From positions 1 to 61,265 of IMG/VR virus record IMGVR_UViG_3300037420_000518: 61,265 bases of DNA, one strand, 5' to 3'. This stretch comes from a virus. The notes under the pieces are model-generated. The model made no database searches, had not been told where the DNA came from, and was given only the letters and a program-made list of their open reading frames with translations. Below, piece by piece: positions 38,193 to 47,422 of the stretch (position 1 is the first letter of the stretch; each line of letters begins with the position of its first letter). Made by a program: the position numbers and the translations under genes.

Positions 38193-38366
38193 ATGGAATC
38201 CAAGTCCAAAAACGCGCCAAAGAGTGACACAAGCTCCCCGGCTGAGACCAATAAAGAAGAGGTTTCTTACTGTGGCGGTATGCCTCCTGAAAAGGACGTT
38301 AAAGCCATCGCAAAGGTAAACTCTCCGTCCGGTCGCGGCAAGGCACCAGGCAGCGTCAGAGTGTGA
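38193..38366 (+). CDS. Small Lys/Ser/Pro-rich protein (57 aa), not in the ORF track
   Basis: ATG at 38193 after GAAGG. It ends before the terminator. Confidence 0.4.
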   Translation: MESKSKNAPKSDTSSPAETNKEEVSYCGGMPPEKDVKAIAKVNSPSGRGKAPGSVRV

Positions 38367-38392
38367 TGTAAGCACTCAACAGTCACCGTTTT

Positions 38393-38438
38393 AGGGCGCT
38401 CGGCTCGGCGTTGCTGGGCATGAGCGCCCTTATTCTTT
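38393..38438 (+). terminator. Intrinsic terminator after the capsid operon
   Basis: AGGGCGCTC...GAGCGCCCT 9-bp stem followed by TATTCTTT. Confidence 0.6.
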
Positions 38439-38440
38439 AA

Positions 38441-39112
38441 ATGACTCTTTCAGATTTAATCTATAACGTTGGCGAAGTAGGCTTAAATAAGCCCTACCTA
38501 GACAATGATTTGAAGGGATTCATCAACCGCGCCATGAAAGCTATCGGGCAACGGCGTGATTGGTCGTTTCTTCACGATCAAATCTCGGTTGTCATTCCAG
38601 CCGGTCAAACTAGCGTTGCGCTGCCGGATAATTTCAAACAACTGGCACCAGAAAAGAGCCCGGTAACGTACACCGACAATTCGACGGGGCGAAACGTGCC
38701 TGTAACGGTCAAATCCCGAGCTGAGATTGAGCGATACAACTATTGCCTTGGCTATCCGTACAGCCGTCCTATTACCGTTGTTTATATTGAGATAACAGCT
38801 TCGGGAACCAACGCGGGAAAGTGGACGCTGAATCTTCCTGTCGCTGACCCGAACTTGCAAGACATCACGTTTAACGTCTCTTGCTTTACGCTTCCAACAC
38901 CTTTGGTATTGGGCACTGACAGCAACGCTATGACCAACCACGGCGAGCTGGGGGAAGCCATCATCAACAAGGCTAAGGCGCTGGCTTACTTTGCTGAAGA
39001 CCCTTCGGACCCAAAGGGAGTAGCTGCAAACGCTTTGTACGAGTCGCATTATAAAACGGCAGCATACTCAGACGCTCGGCAGCAAATCGTCGGACAATCT
39101 GTGAGGATGTAA
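38441..39112 (+). CDS. Virion structural protein (223 aa), adaptor-size
   Basis: First gene after the capsid terminator. The call rests on position. Confidence 0.5.
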   Translation: MTLSDLIYNVGEVGLNKPYLDNDLKGFINRAMKAIGQRRDWSFLHDQISVVIPAGQTSVALPDNFKQLAPEKSPVTYTDNSTGRNVPVTVKSRAEIERYNYCLGYPYSRPITVVYIEITASGTNAGKWTLNLPVADPNLQDITFNVSCFTLPTPLVLGTDSNAMTNHGELGEAIINKAKALAYFAEDPSDPKGVAANALYESHYKTAAYSDARQQIVGQSVRM

Positions 39113-39816
39113 TGAACACAATCGGCGACATAAAAAACTTGGTTGCAGCGTATCTGAAAAACGATACCGGGAAGTTCATTCAGAACGATGTGGACCTTCT
39201 GTTGATGGCGATCAACAACGCCCGTCGAATCGCTGAGAGGCTGCACGATTTCAAATATTCTGAGGACCCGGTCTCGCTCTCTATTTCGTCCTCTGGCGGT
39301 GACATAAGCAGCCTGTCTATCAAGCGCGTGCAGCGGGTTCTATTGCCCATCGCCGGGGGCGACTACATTCCTATCGAGTTCATGACCAATGACGAGTGGC
39401 TTGGACGCTTGCGCAGGCAGACTGGTAGAACAGCGTACACCCCATCACAGACCCTTACTCAGTACGGTGTTTCGGCGTCTAATCCAGTTTGCTACCAACA
39501 GGGTCAAAAGCTGTTCCTTGCTCCGGCCTCACAGTTCACGCTTCCCATCACCGTGCAACTGGATGCCATCAAGTTCCAGCCGGACTACACGGCGGATACT
39601 GACACGGATTTCTTTGTTCAGTACGCCCCGGAATACCTTCAATGGAAAGCTATCGTTGAAGGAAACAAGTATTGGAAAGAGTTCGTCTCACTTAGGCAGG
39701 AAGGCAATGTAGAAGAGCCTACACAGTTTGCAGATGAGGCGTTACAATCCCTTCTAACTTGGGATCAGTCACTTTCTTTGAGTACCAGCACTCCGCAGCG
39801 CAATGGCTCAACGTAA
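39112..39816 (+). CDS. Virion structural protein (234 aa), tail-tubular-A-size
   Basis: TAATG overlap. The call rests on position and size. Confidence 0.45.
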   Translation: MNTIGDIKNLVAAYLKNDTGKFIQNDVDLLLMAINNARRIAERLHDFKYSEDPVSLSISSSGGDISSLSIKRVQRVLLPIAGGDYIPIEFMTNDEWLGRLRRQTGRTAYTPSQTLTQYGVSASNPVCYQQGQKLFLAPASQFTLPITVQLDAIKFQPDYTADTDTDFFVQYAPEYLQWKAIVEGNKYWKEFVSLRQEGNVEEPTQFADEALQSLLTWDQSLSLSTSTPQRNGST

Positions 39817-41989
39817 TCCAGGCTCAATACTAACATCGAACGACATCGGTGCGTCAGAAATGCTTCCGTTGTCGATGCGGTTTGCCGTCAAAATTACAAA
39901 GACGCATCAGGCGAATCCGTTAGATTCAGCGTTTCCATCGCTGTCGGGAACGATCATCGCCATTCGAGATTCCCAGACTCGAACAGATGAACTTGATCGG
40001 GATATTTACACGATACCGAACCAGACGTACACTGTAGCAAACAAGGAAGTACAGAGTGACGGACAAGTCGCCACTGTTACGATGATTCTCGCTCCGGGGG
40101 ATCAAAGTATCACCCCGGACGCTCTGCTCGTTTCCGGTGACGTTCAATCGCTTGGTAATTGGAGTCTAAAGACGACTACAACTGTTGGCGAGGTATTCCC
40201 GGCTACAGTACTTTCCAATCAGCATGCCACCAAAATTCCAGAAAGGTTCTATGCGGCTGGCACGGTTGTTCGAAGAACAGAATCAAGCGCCGCTGGTGAT
40301 ATCGCAACACCCGCTACACTCGGAACAGACGGCACGGGAATCATAGAGGCTACTGCGCAACGGATTCACGAAAAGCGCGTCAGAAACTCGCAAACAGAGA
40401 TTGTCGGAACGGTACACACCACACTCACGACGTATCGGTCTCTGCCTGACGGACAGAGCGCAACAATTGTTGAGACGCGAGGCGCGAGCAATTCTCTTCC
40501 CTCAATAGACGGCAAAACCGTTTCCGCTGAAGTAACCGCAATTGGTGGGGATCAGTACATCATACGCGATGAGCGGGTTGATTTAGTTCAGCCATTCCCG
40601 GTTAAGACCGTTAAGCAGACAGTTATTCCTCCACGTGAGTTTCTGACGATTACGGCGGATGTTACTCTAAAGCAGACCATAGAAGATAGCAGTGTTCAAC
40701 CAGCCTCGCTTGGATCAAATGGGCTCGGAGTAGTCGAATCAACCGCTGCTCAAAATGAAGTCTACAAGGGCGATGTCACAACCCGAACTCTCACTGGTAG
40801 CTTTTCAGACACGCTCACCGAGCATCAGAGAAACCAGTTTGGACAGGTTGTTCACATCACAAAGAGTTGGGTAAATGACGGCTCTGCTCCGGTTCTGGAC
40901 GCTCTTACAGACATAGCCACTGTTCAGGCTGTGGGCGACGGAATATTTCTTCGAACAATCGGAGTTGTTGACACGTTATTCGCACAGGCGTCTTACTCTG
41001 TTGAAAAGACGAACCGTGTTCCTTCTAAGTTTCGTCAACTCATTCCAGAGGTTGAGACAAGCAGCGTTGTTGCTGGAACCGCCACAACTCCAACACTTGG
41101 AGCGGATGATACTTTTGCGAGTGAAAGTCAGCTAACAGACTTCACTAAGCGAGTAACACGCCGAACATTGGATTTCAGCGGCGGAACCACCCAGACACTT
41201 ACGGGTTCTAGATACATCCCGGAACTGAATGTAATCGCAACGGTCACAGAGGTGTACTCAGATGCGGGTGGCTTAACCGTCAGCACTGGAGAGAACATAC
41301 TGGAATCCGAAGTGGAGACCTTTGGAAGCGGGAATCAGATCAAGACAACGGTTTCCTTCCAAGATCCGGCCCCAATTCAGAGCGGAGGTGAGAGCGATCC
41401 GTTTACCGGGACTCCAATTATTGAAACTCGGCAGCGTGTTCCAATGGGGTTCCCCGTCCCTGCCGCTAAAACTGGTACAGTCTACAGCGTAGAGGTTCAC
41501 GGTAACTATTGCTGGCTGGTTACAAGGGTCTACCAAATCCCGAAGAGTTACACCAAGCCGGGTCTGGTTAGCATACGTCTCCCCAATGTACTAAAAGGCA
41601 TAAACATTTACCAATCTCCACCAGATCCAACCACGGGCGCACTTTCTCCAATACAGCTTTACGCCCAGTATGACAGAGGGGGAGGGGTTACTTGTCCGGC
41701 TCGTATCGTGGTAAAATTCACAGCTAGCCCTCAAAAACCCACCATTCCAGTCTTATTCAAAGAAGCATCTTGGGATCTTCCTGGGTTCTCTGGTTCGGGA
41801 TTGACGGATGCCCAGCCCGTTAGGTTTCTAGGAACATCCAACGAAATCACTGCAACGCTCCCAGCAAGTACACCAAGTGCGCAAACGTGGCTCGGCATGG
41901 TTGGAACGGAACAGCTTTGCGACTACCACTGCTCTGAATGGGTTGCTGGCATATTCAAAGAGGAAAATTATTACGCCGTTGTCCCATGA
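39803..41989 (+). CDS. Virion structural protein (728 aa), tail-tubular-B-size
   Basis: Thr/Ser/Val/Gly-rich, beta-type composition. The call rests on position and size. Confidence 0.45.
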   Translation: MAQRNPGSILTSNDIGASEMLPLSMRFAVKITKTHQANPLDSAFPSLSGTIIAIRDSQTRTDELDRDIYTIPNQTYTVANKEVQSDGQVATVTMILAPGDQSITPDALLVSGDVQSLGNWSLKTTTTVGEVFPATVLSNQHATKIPERFYAAGTVVRRTESSAAGDIATPATLGTDGTGIIEATAQRIHEKRVRNSQTEIVGTVHTTLTTYRSLPDGQSATIVETRGASNSLPSIDGKTVSAEVTAIGGDQYIIRDERVDLVQPFPVKTVKQTVIPPREFLTITADVTLKQTIEDSSVQPASLGSNGLGVVESTAAQNEVYKGDVTTRTLTGSFSDTLTEHQRNQFGQVVHITKSWVNDGSAPVLDALTDIATVQAVGDGIFLRTIGVVDTLFAQASYSVEKTNRVPSKFRQLIPEVETSSVVAGTATTPTLGADDTFASESQLTDFTKRVTRRTLDFSGGTTQTLTGSRYIPELNVIATVTEVYSDAGGLTVSTGENILESEVETFGSGNQIKTTVSFQDPAPIQSGGESDPFTGTPIIETRQRVPMGFPVPAAKTGTVYSVEVHGNYCWLVTRVYQIPKSYTKPGLVSIRLPNVLKGINIYQSPPDPTTGALSPIQLYAQYDRGGGVTCPARIVVKFTASPQKPTIPVLFKEASWDLPGFSGSGLTDAQPVRFLGTSNEITATLPASTPSAQTWLGMVGTEQLCDYHCSEWVAGIFKEENYYAVVP

Positions 41990-42189
41990 GCGAAGAAGTA
42001 GACCATCTAAAGAAGCGTGTCGAATTTCTGGAGAAAGAGAACAAACGGCTCCAGATCGAAAAGGGCGGGGTGAATGCTCAACAAGTGGAAGCGATAGCTA
42101 GGCGAATCGCACAGCAGCTTCGGTTTGTTGGTGGTGGTGATATCCGTGTGAATTACTCGTTTCCTGTGTGCACTGTGGATTCAATATGA
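41986..42189 (+). CDS. Small coiled-coil protein (67 aa)
   Basis: ATGA overlaps at both ends. Contains 'LKKRVEFLEKENKRLQIEK'. Confidence 0.5.
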   Translation: MSEEVDHLKKRVEFLEKENKRLQIEKGGVNAQQVEAIARRIAQQLRFVGGGDIRVNYSFPVCTVDSI

Positions 42190-42638
42190 ACACCCAAGAA
42201 GTAGAAGATATTTGCTGGAGGGTGTTTGACGAACTCCAAGTTGGTGGAGAGTTCGGTAGGGGATCGGCGCGCTCTGGGTTCACGATTTCAGGCCAACTAG
42301 GAGGCGGATCAAAAGGGCTCACGAACCTATCGTTTAGCGCCGTTGTGGACTTTATCACGTTCCTTCACGTATTTCCAGATGGCCGCTACTCTTTGGAGAA
42401 CATCTTAGCGAGCGACATTGCCCCGCCTGCGGTTGATGTATCTGTAACGCTTGGTGGGTTCGTGAAAGGATACTCCAAGCCTAAATCTGCCATGGTTAAT
42501 AAGACCGCTGGACGCGGACCGGTCACAATTACGCAACATCCATCCCCATCAAACAGCTACGAGACCATAATCAAGATTGACGACGCTGATCCTCCGAGCA
42601 CTGATTTCTATGCATTCACCGTAACATGGTCTAAATAA
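42186..42638 (+). CDS. Virion-associated hypothetical protein (150 aa)
   Basis: ATGA overlap at 42186. Confidence 0.55.
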   Translation: MNTQEVEDICWRVFDELQVGGEFGRGSARSGFTISGQLGGGSKGLTNLSFSAVVDFITFLHVFPDGRYSLENILASDIAPPAVDVSVTLGGFVKGYSKPKSAMVNKTAGRGPVTITQHPSPSNSYETIIKIDDADPPSTDFYAFTVTWSK

Positions 42639-42643
42639 GTCCT

Positions 42644-45397
42644 ATGCCCCTAACCGCACCCACAGTTACAAGCTCCCGTTGTTATTACGGATACGTTGGA
42701 AGCAAACCGAATACGCTTTTCGATTTGTCAAACATCGGACTATCGGGAATCTCGACACCATACCAAGCTCTTGCAGGAGGATTCCTACTTTACAGGGTGA
42801 CATTCACCTCTCCTGATACGACATGCTACCACCGAATCTCACAAACGGATTCTGGTACATCCGCAACACTGGTTCTTGATCCAGGGGTTAGAACAGGAAC
42901 AATCAAACTCCAGATACCAACGGGATGGCCCACGCTTATATCTGGAATCGGCAATTTTGGTCTTGGAACCACCGCTCTGCATATTCAAATCAGGGCCGAG
43001 TCAGCAACAGATACGTCTTCATGGGTGACGTTGAATTCCATACCTCAAAAGCCTACAGAGACTTTTGGAAGCTTCGAGTTACAAGAGGAGCAATTTGTTT
43101 ACCAAGTTGCTTCGGCAACCGGTCAAACCGACCGATTCACCGTAGGATTTAGTGCTACTGATACGGATTTGATTCCTGCCCTAAGCGGCGGCGGGATAGT
43201 GGTTCATGACACCAATCTGGATTACGACATAATAAATTTGCAGTCGTCTACTCTGTACGGAATTCCACAGGGCTCTGTGGTTTTTAACCCATCAAGCACT
43301 CAAGCGGGATACTCAGCATTCAATTCGTCCGAAATATTCGCTGCTCAATATGTGTCTGGTGGATGGCCTCCTTTGAGTGTTACGCTTAACCCCTTAGCAT
43401 TTACGCCATTGGTGATACGCGGCGGCCCTGGTGGGTTAGATATTGGAGGCGGGCAAACGTCCGGCCAGTTCCTAACGTGGCTTGCATATTCCCTAATCGG
43501 ACCAGGAGCAACAGTTCGACAGGTTGAACAGCTTCAAGCTCTTATCTTCAATCAAAATGAGACGATACTGTTTGGAGCTCCCTCTTCTCCAGCGTCAAAT
43601 CACACAATCACTGTTATTCCGCTAGATGTTACAAATCCACTGCTTCCCCCATCGGTAGAATTGGAGGGGGCAACACAGTTTCTAGGGTATTCACAACAAA
43701 TCCCATTAGGCCCAAGCGCATCATCCGCAAGCGTTTCGGGACTGCCAACAGGAATGACGTATTCCGTTGTTCTTGCCACAGAAAACCCTGGTTACATTCA
43801 GCTATCAGGAACTCCTTCAGTCAATGGGGTGTTTGCACTAACCATAACTGCGACAAACTCAGATCATACGGACACGCTTACCCCAAGCTTAACGGTCTCA
43901 GTGGGAACTAATCCAAATAAAGCAGGGCTTGATTCTTCTACTACGTTCTCTGTCGTTACTGGAGTTGCATTTAGCACGACCATCGTACCCAATGCATTCA
44001 CTGCGACGACTGTGAAGATTGATCCTACGGTTGCGCCGTATCTCCCGGCCGCTTCTTGGATTGGATTGTCTGGAACAACGCTTTCTGGAACTCCAACAGG
44101 TTCAGGGGCTCAATACACGATCATTCGGTGCACGGACTCGTACAGTATCGATTACGATGTTCCAATTACGTTTAACGTCGTAGCGATCATCATCACGTCG
44201 TCACTCACAGAATCCACTGATCAGAATTCGGCGTTCTCGTATCAGATCACCACAGACGGAACAGCTACAAGCTACGGCGCAACCGGTTTGGATGTGGCGG
44301 GATTGGAAGTTACTGGAATCACTGCGGGCGTGGTAACGACATCAGTAGACCATAACCTATCGGTTAACCAAGCGTTCCGGTTTCGTTCTTTGGTGAGTGG
44401 TTCTGGAGGAATCGCAACAGGTACGACGTACTACGTAAAAACCACCCCAACTAGCACAACATTCACCTACGCTGCAACAGCAGGTGGATCGGCGCTGTCT
44501 GGTCACGCCGCAACATCAGGAGTTATGGAAGGTCTTACGATAAACCCGAGCACGGGGCTAATCGCTGGAACTCCCACAGGGTACGGCACGCTCAATATCG
44601 GAATGACCGCCACTAATTCGGACGGTTCAGATAACAAAACGCTCGTTTTGACCATCAATCCGGTTGGACTGTCGCAGTTTACATCCCCGCTTATAGCGTA
44701 TTTCGAGAAAGGATCGGCGGGAACGTACACCATCACTGCGGACACGACACCGATAAGTTACAACGCAACCGATTTACCCACCGGAGCGACGTTCGACGGA
44801 ACAGACACGATCTCATGGACCCCTGGGGCGTTCGGGATGTTTAAGGCGACCATATCGGTCACCAATGCCAACGGCACCAATACAGCCACGCTTGGAATTC
44901 TGGTTTCTCACGTCTCTAGTGCAGACCTTACAAGCGGAAGCCTAGAGGTTGAGAGTGGGAATGTTGGTGACGATGTTTCGTTTGAACTTTCCGCTCCACG
45001 CAACATTCTGACGCTCGATACACCATCGGAAACATACTTCTTCGTGGTGAAGTCCGGGGAGACAATCATCCTGAACACATGGCCAAGGAAGGAGAACCAT
45101 TTGGTGGATTTGGATGTGACAGGAATTCAGTTCTTGGTTCGTTCTGTGGCCACCAACGCCCTAATATCTGTTCCAACAACATTTACGAGGGTCGCAAACT
45201 CCGTAGCTCCGTTCTTCATCATTAAGGCAGTCCCATCCACGGACAACATCAACAGCCTTAAGACACAACTCAGCGCGACCAGTGGAACGCTGGACATTAT
45301 CGGGAAGCTGATTCTGACGGTGAACGCTCCATGGCTTGGATCTGGGCAAACCCTTCAGATGAGCAGCAATGACTTCAAAGGCCAACTCCAATTGTAG
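42644..45397 (+). CDS. Large structural protein (917 aa) with repeated putative Ig / cadherin-like (He_PIG-type) domains
   Basis: At least four repeats of the pattern 'LP.G.T...G.LSGTP...G.....I.ATNS.G..', e.g. 'GLIAGTPTGYGTLNIGMTATNSDGSD'. Confidence 0.6.
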   Translation: MPLTAPTVTSSRCYYGYVGSKPNTLFDLSNIGLSGISTPYQALAGGFLLYRVTFTSPDTTCYHRISQTDSGTSATLVLDPGVRTGTIKLQIPTGWPTLISGIGNFGLGTTALHIQIRAESATDTSSWVTLNSIPQKPTETFGSFELQEEQFVYQVASATGQTDRFTVGFSATDTDLIPALSGGGIVVHDTNLDYDIINLQSSTLYGIPQGSVVFNPSSTQAGYSAFNSSEIFAAQYVSGGWPPLSVTLNPLAFTPLVIRGGPGGLDIGGGQTSGQFLTWLAYSLIGPGATVRQVEQLQALIFNQNETILFGAPSSPASNHTITVIPLDVTNPLLPPSVELEGATQFLGYSQQIPLGPSASSASVSGLPTGMTYSVVLATENPGYIQLSGTPSVNGVFALTITATNSDHTDTLTPSLTVSVGTNPNKAGLDSSTTFSVVTGVAFSTTIVPNAFTATTVKIDPTVAPYLPAASWIGLSGTTLSGTPTGSGAQYTIIRCTDSYSIDYDVPITFNVVAIIITSSLTESTDQNSAFSYQITTDGTATSYGATGLDVAGLEVTGITAGVVTTSVDHNLSVNQAFRFRSLVSGSGGIATGTTYYVKTTPTSTTFTYAATAGGSALSGHAATSGVMEGLTINPSTGLIAGTPTGYGTLNIGMTATNSDGSDNKTLVLTINPVGLSQFTSPLIAYFEKGSAGTYTITADTTPISYNATDLPTGATFDGTDTISWTPGAFGMFKATISVTNANGTNTATLGILVSHVSSADLTSGSLEVESGNVGDDVSFELSAPRNILTLDTPSETYFFVVKSGETIILNTWPRKENHLVDLDVTGIQFLVRSVATNALISVPTTFTRVANSVAPFFIIKAVPSTDNINSLKTQLSATSGTLDIIGKLILTVNAPWLGSGQTLQMSSNDFKGQLQL

Positions 45398-45412
45398 TGT
45401 GGGTCATAGGGT

Positions 45413-45444
45413 GCCCCGGCCTGGCGGGTGCCAGTGTCCGGGGC
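45413..45444 (+). terminator. GC-rich hairpin after the Ig-repeat gene (weak T tail)
   Basis: GCCCCGG...CCGGGGC 7-bp stem with an inner CTGGC/GCCAG helix. The tail is ATTACTGCTTT. Confidence 0.45.
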
Positions 45445-45495
45445 ATTACTGCTTTAGATTCGACAAACGCAAGAAAAATTGTTAGACGCTGATTT

Positions 45496-46302
45496 ATGGC
45501 TTTAGATTTTGAACTATCCGCTTACGACTCCCGGAAACGGGATGCAACTTCTAATGCCCTTAATAAACCGGCATTTGGAGACGTTCCTGACCCCGAAGCA
45601 GAAGCACGTAGGGAAAGGAGCCTTGGAAAACGCGCGGGCTCTACTCCGATTCAACGCCAGAATCTTGACCCAAATTACAGGTACGGATACGGGACACCCG
45701 CCAAAGGCAATGCTTCTGCGTCATCGTTTGATATTTGGAAAGACCGCGCTGCATCCCATACGCCGCCCACGCAGATTTCCCCATATTCCGCACCCTCTGT
45801 TCCGCACCCCGTCAATCTTAACGCTCCATTAACGGATGCCGAGAAACTGGCATCAGGAGCAAGGATTGATACTACGCCATTGACTCAGCCGTTGGCTGCA
45901 ACGGGCCGCATTATTGACGACACAGGAGACAGAACAAGCGGGATTGCAGTGTCACAACCGCAAGTCGCATCTCAATCTTTATCACCGTCATCTGTGCATC
46001 CTCAAACTCTTGAATTAGACCCTCCCGCACCACCCATCGATTCGTTGACGGGAACGATCCTAAATTCCGGCCCTGTACCAACTCCTATCAAGCCAATGCC
46101 TAACGTGGCTACAGCACATCAGATAAACGCATATTCAACACCACAGACTGCAACACCAGTGCTGTCAGGACATAAACCGAGCGGTGCTCCACAGGCGAAT
46201 GCCTATAACGACGGAATGGACTTTGGACCATGGGCGTCTGGAGCAAAAAAGGCTGGAAGCGTATTATCGAGCTTCTTCCAATTCCACCCTAACCGATTCT
46301 GA
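45496..46302 (+). CDS. Internal-virion-size protein (268 aa), Ser/Pro/Ala-rich
   Basis: Low-complexity protein. Its position matches T7 gp14-type genes (inference). Confidence 0.45.
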   Translation: MALDFELSAYDSRKRDATSNALNKPAFGDVPDPEAEARRERSLGKRAGSTPIQRQNLDPNYRYGYGTPAKGNASASSFDIWKDRAASHTPPTQISPYSAPSVPHPVNLNAPLTDAEKLASGARIDTTPLTQPLAATGRIIDDTGDRTSGIAVSQPQVASQSLSPSSVHPQTLELDPPAPPIDSLTGTILNSGPVPTPIKPMPNVATAHQINAYSTPQTATPVLSGHKPSGAPQANAYNDGMDFGPWASGAKKAGSVLSSFFQFHPNRF

Positions 46303-46303
46303 T

Positions 46304-47422
46304 ATGCCAACTCCGCTTTCATTCGCTGATTTCGTTCCTGCGCATACGCCTTCTGCAACGGACACGGCAGAGGTTCAGATGTCGCAGGACATAGCACGCA
46401 AACGCCGCGAGGACAAGCTGCGTCTAAATGCCCTCAAGAATCAGGACTTGTCTCAAACAATGGCATCGGATGCTACTGCATGGGCTCAGAATCCCGCCTA
46501 CGCTGGAAAGTCGTTCTCTCAGCTTCCAGAGGAGGCCAAGCGCCATTTTGGTATGGATGTCTACGGGCAAGCTTCGGCGCAGTCCCCGGCCGCTTTTAAT
46601 TCAGCGCAACGGGAAGTTACAGGGAACCCGATGGTTGGAGTTGATCCCGAAAAAATCCCCGACGGCGCTACATACACGGTGCACCCAAACGGTGGTGGTG
46701 TAACCATAATGGGCGGTAAAGAGATGAATTGGGAGAAACCCAGCCAGGCGCTTTTGGATCAAGCAGACGAAGCTGGCGTTGAAATTACGGACGATCAAGG
46801 AAAGCCCCGAAAATCATCAGAGATTCGAGCAGACCTCAGAAAGTACCGCTCTTATAATGGTATGCTATCTCCAAATGAGGAAAAGCTTGTAGGAAGGCTG
46901 AATGAGCGTTTTTCCGCCAGCAAAGAGTTTAGGGATGCTACAGAAATGAACCTTGCGTATCAAACCGCTAAATCACAACTCAATAGCGGAGACAAAAGCG
47001 GGCTTGCGGGGATAGCGGCAATGGAGGCATTTGCGCGGGTTCATAATCCAGGCGTGTCTGTTAGGCAGGGCATGATGAACATCTTGGCTGGACATCAAGG
47101 TGTTTTAGGGAAATTACGGGAAGACTACCTAAAGGGAAAAATCACAGAAGGCACTTTCCTTACCGATGAAACACTCAGGGCGATGAATGATGTTCTTGAT
47201 AGAACATATCAGGCGCGATCAAAGGAATTCAACCGGAGCGTTTTGCAACAGTTTAGGAATGGTCTTCGTCCAGAGCTTCAGAAATATATCAAGAGCCCGT
47301 TTCCTGAAGACGTAGAAGCTTTAAGCGAAGGCCCGAAAGTGATTACCAGCCAGGAAGAATACGACAAGCTTCCCGCTGGTGCTCAATACATCGCCAACGG
47401 TAAAACCTACAAAAAACGGTAA
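46304..47422 (+). CDS. Internal-virion-size protein (372 aa)
   Basis: The internal ATG at 46304 lies 2 nt after the upstream stop. Confidence 0.5.
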   Translation: MPTPLSFADFVPAHTPSATDTAEVQMSQDIARKRREDKLRLNALKNQDLSQTMASDATAWAQNPAYAGKSFSQLPEEAKRHFGMDVYGQASAQSPAAFNSAQREVTGNPMVGVDPEKIPDGATYTVHPNGGGVTIMGGKEMNWEKPSQALLDQADEAGVEITDDQGKPRKSSEIRADLRKYRSYNGMLSPNEEKLVGRLNERFSASKEFRDATEMNLAYQTAKSQLNSGDKSGLAGIAAMEAFARVHNPGVSVRQGMMNILAGHQGVLGKLREDYLKGKITEGTFLTDETLRAMNDVLDRTYQARSKEFNRSVLQQFRNGLRPELQKYIKSPFPEDVEALSEGPKVITSQEEYDKLPAGAQYIANGKTYKKR

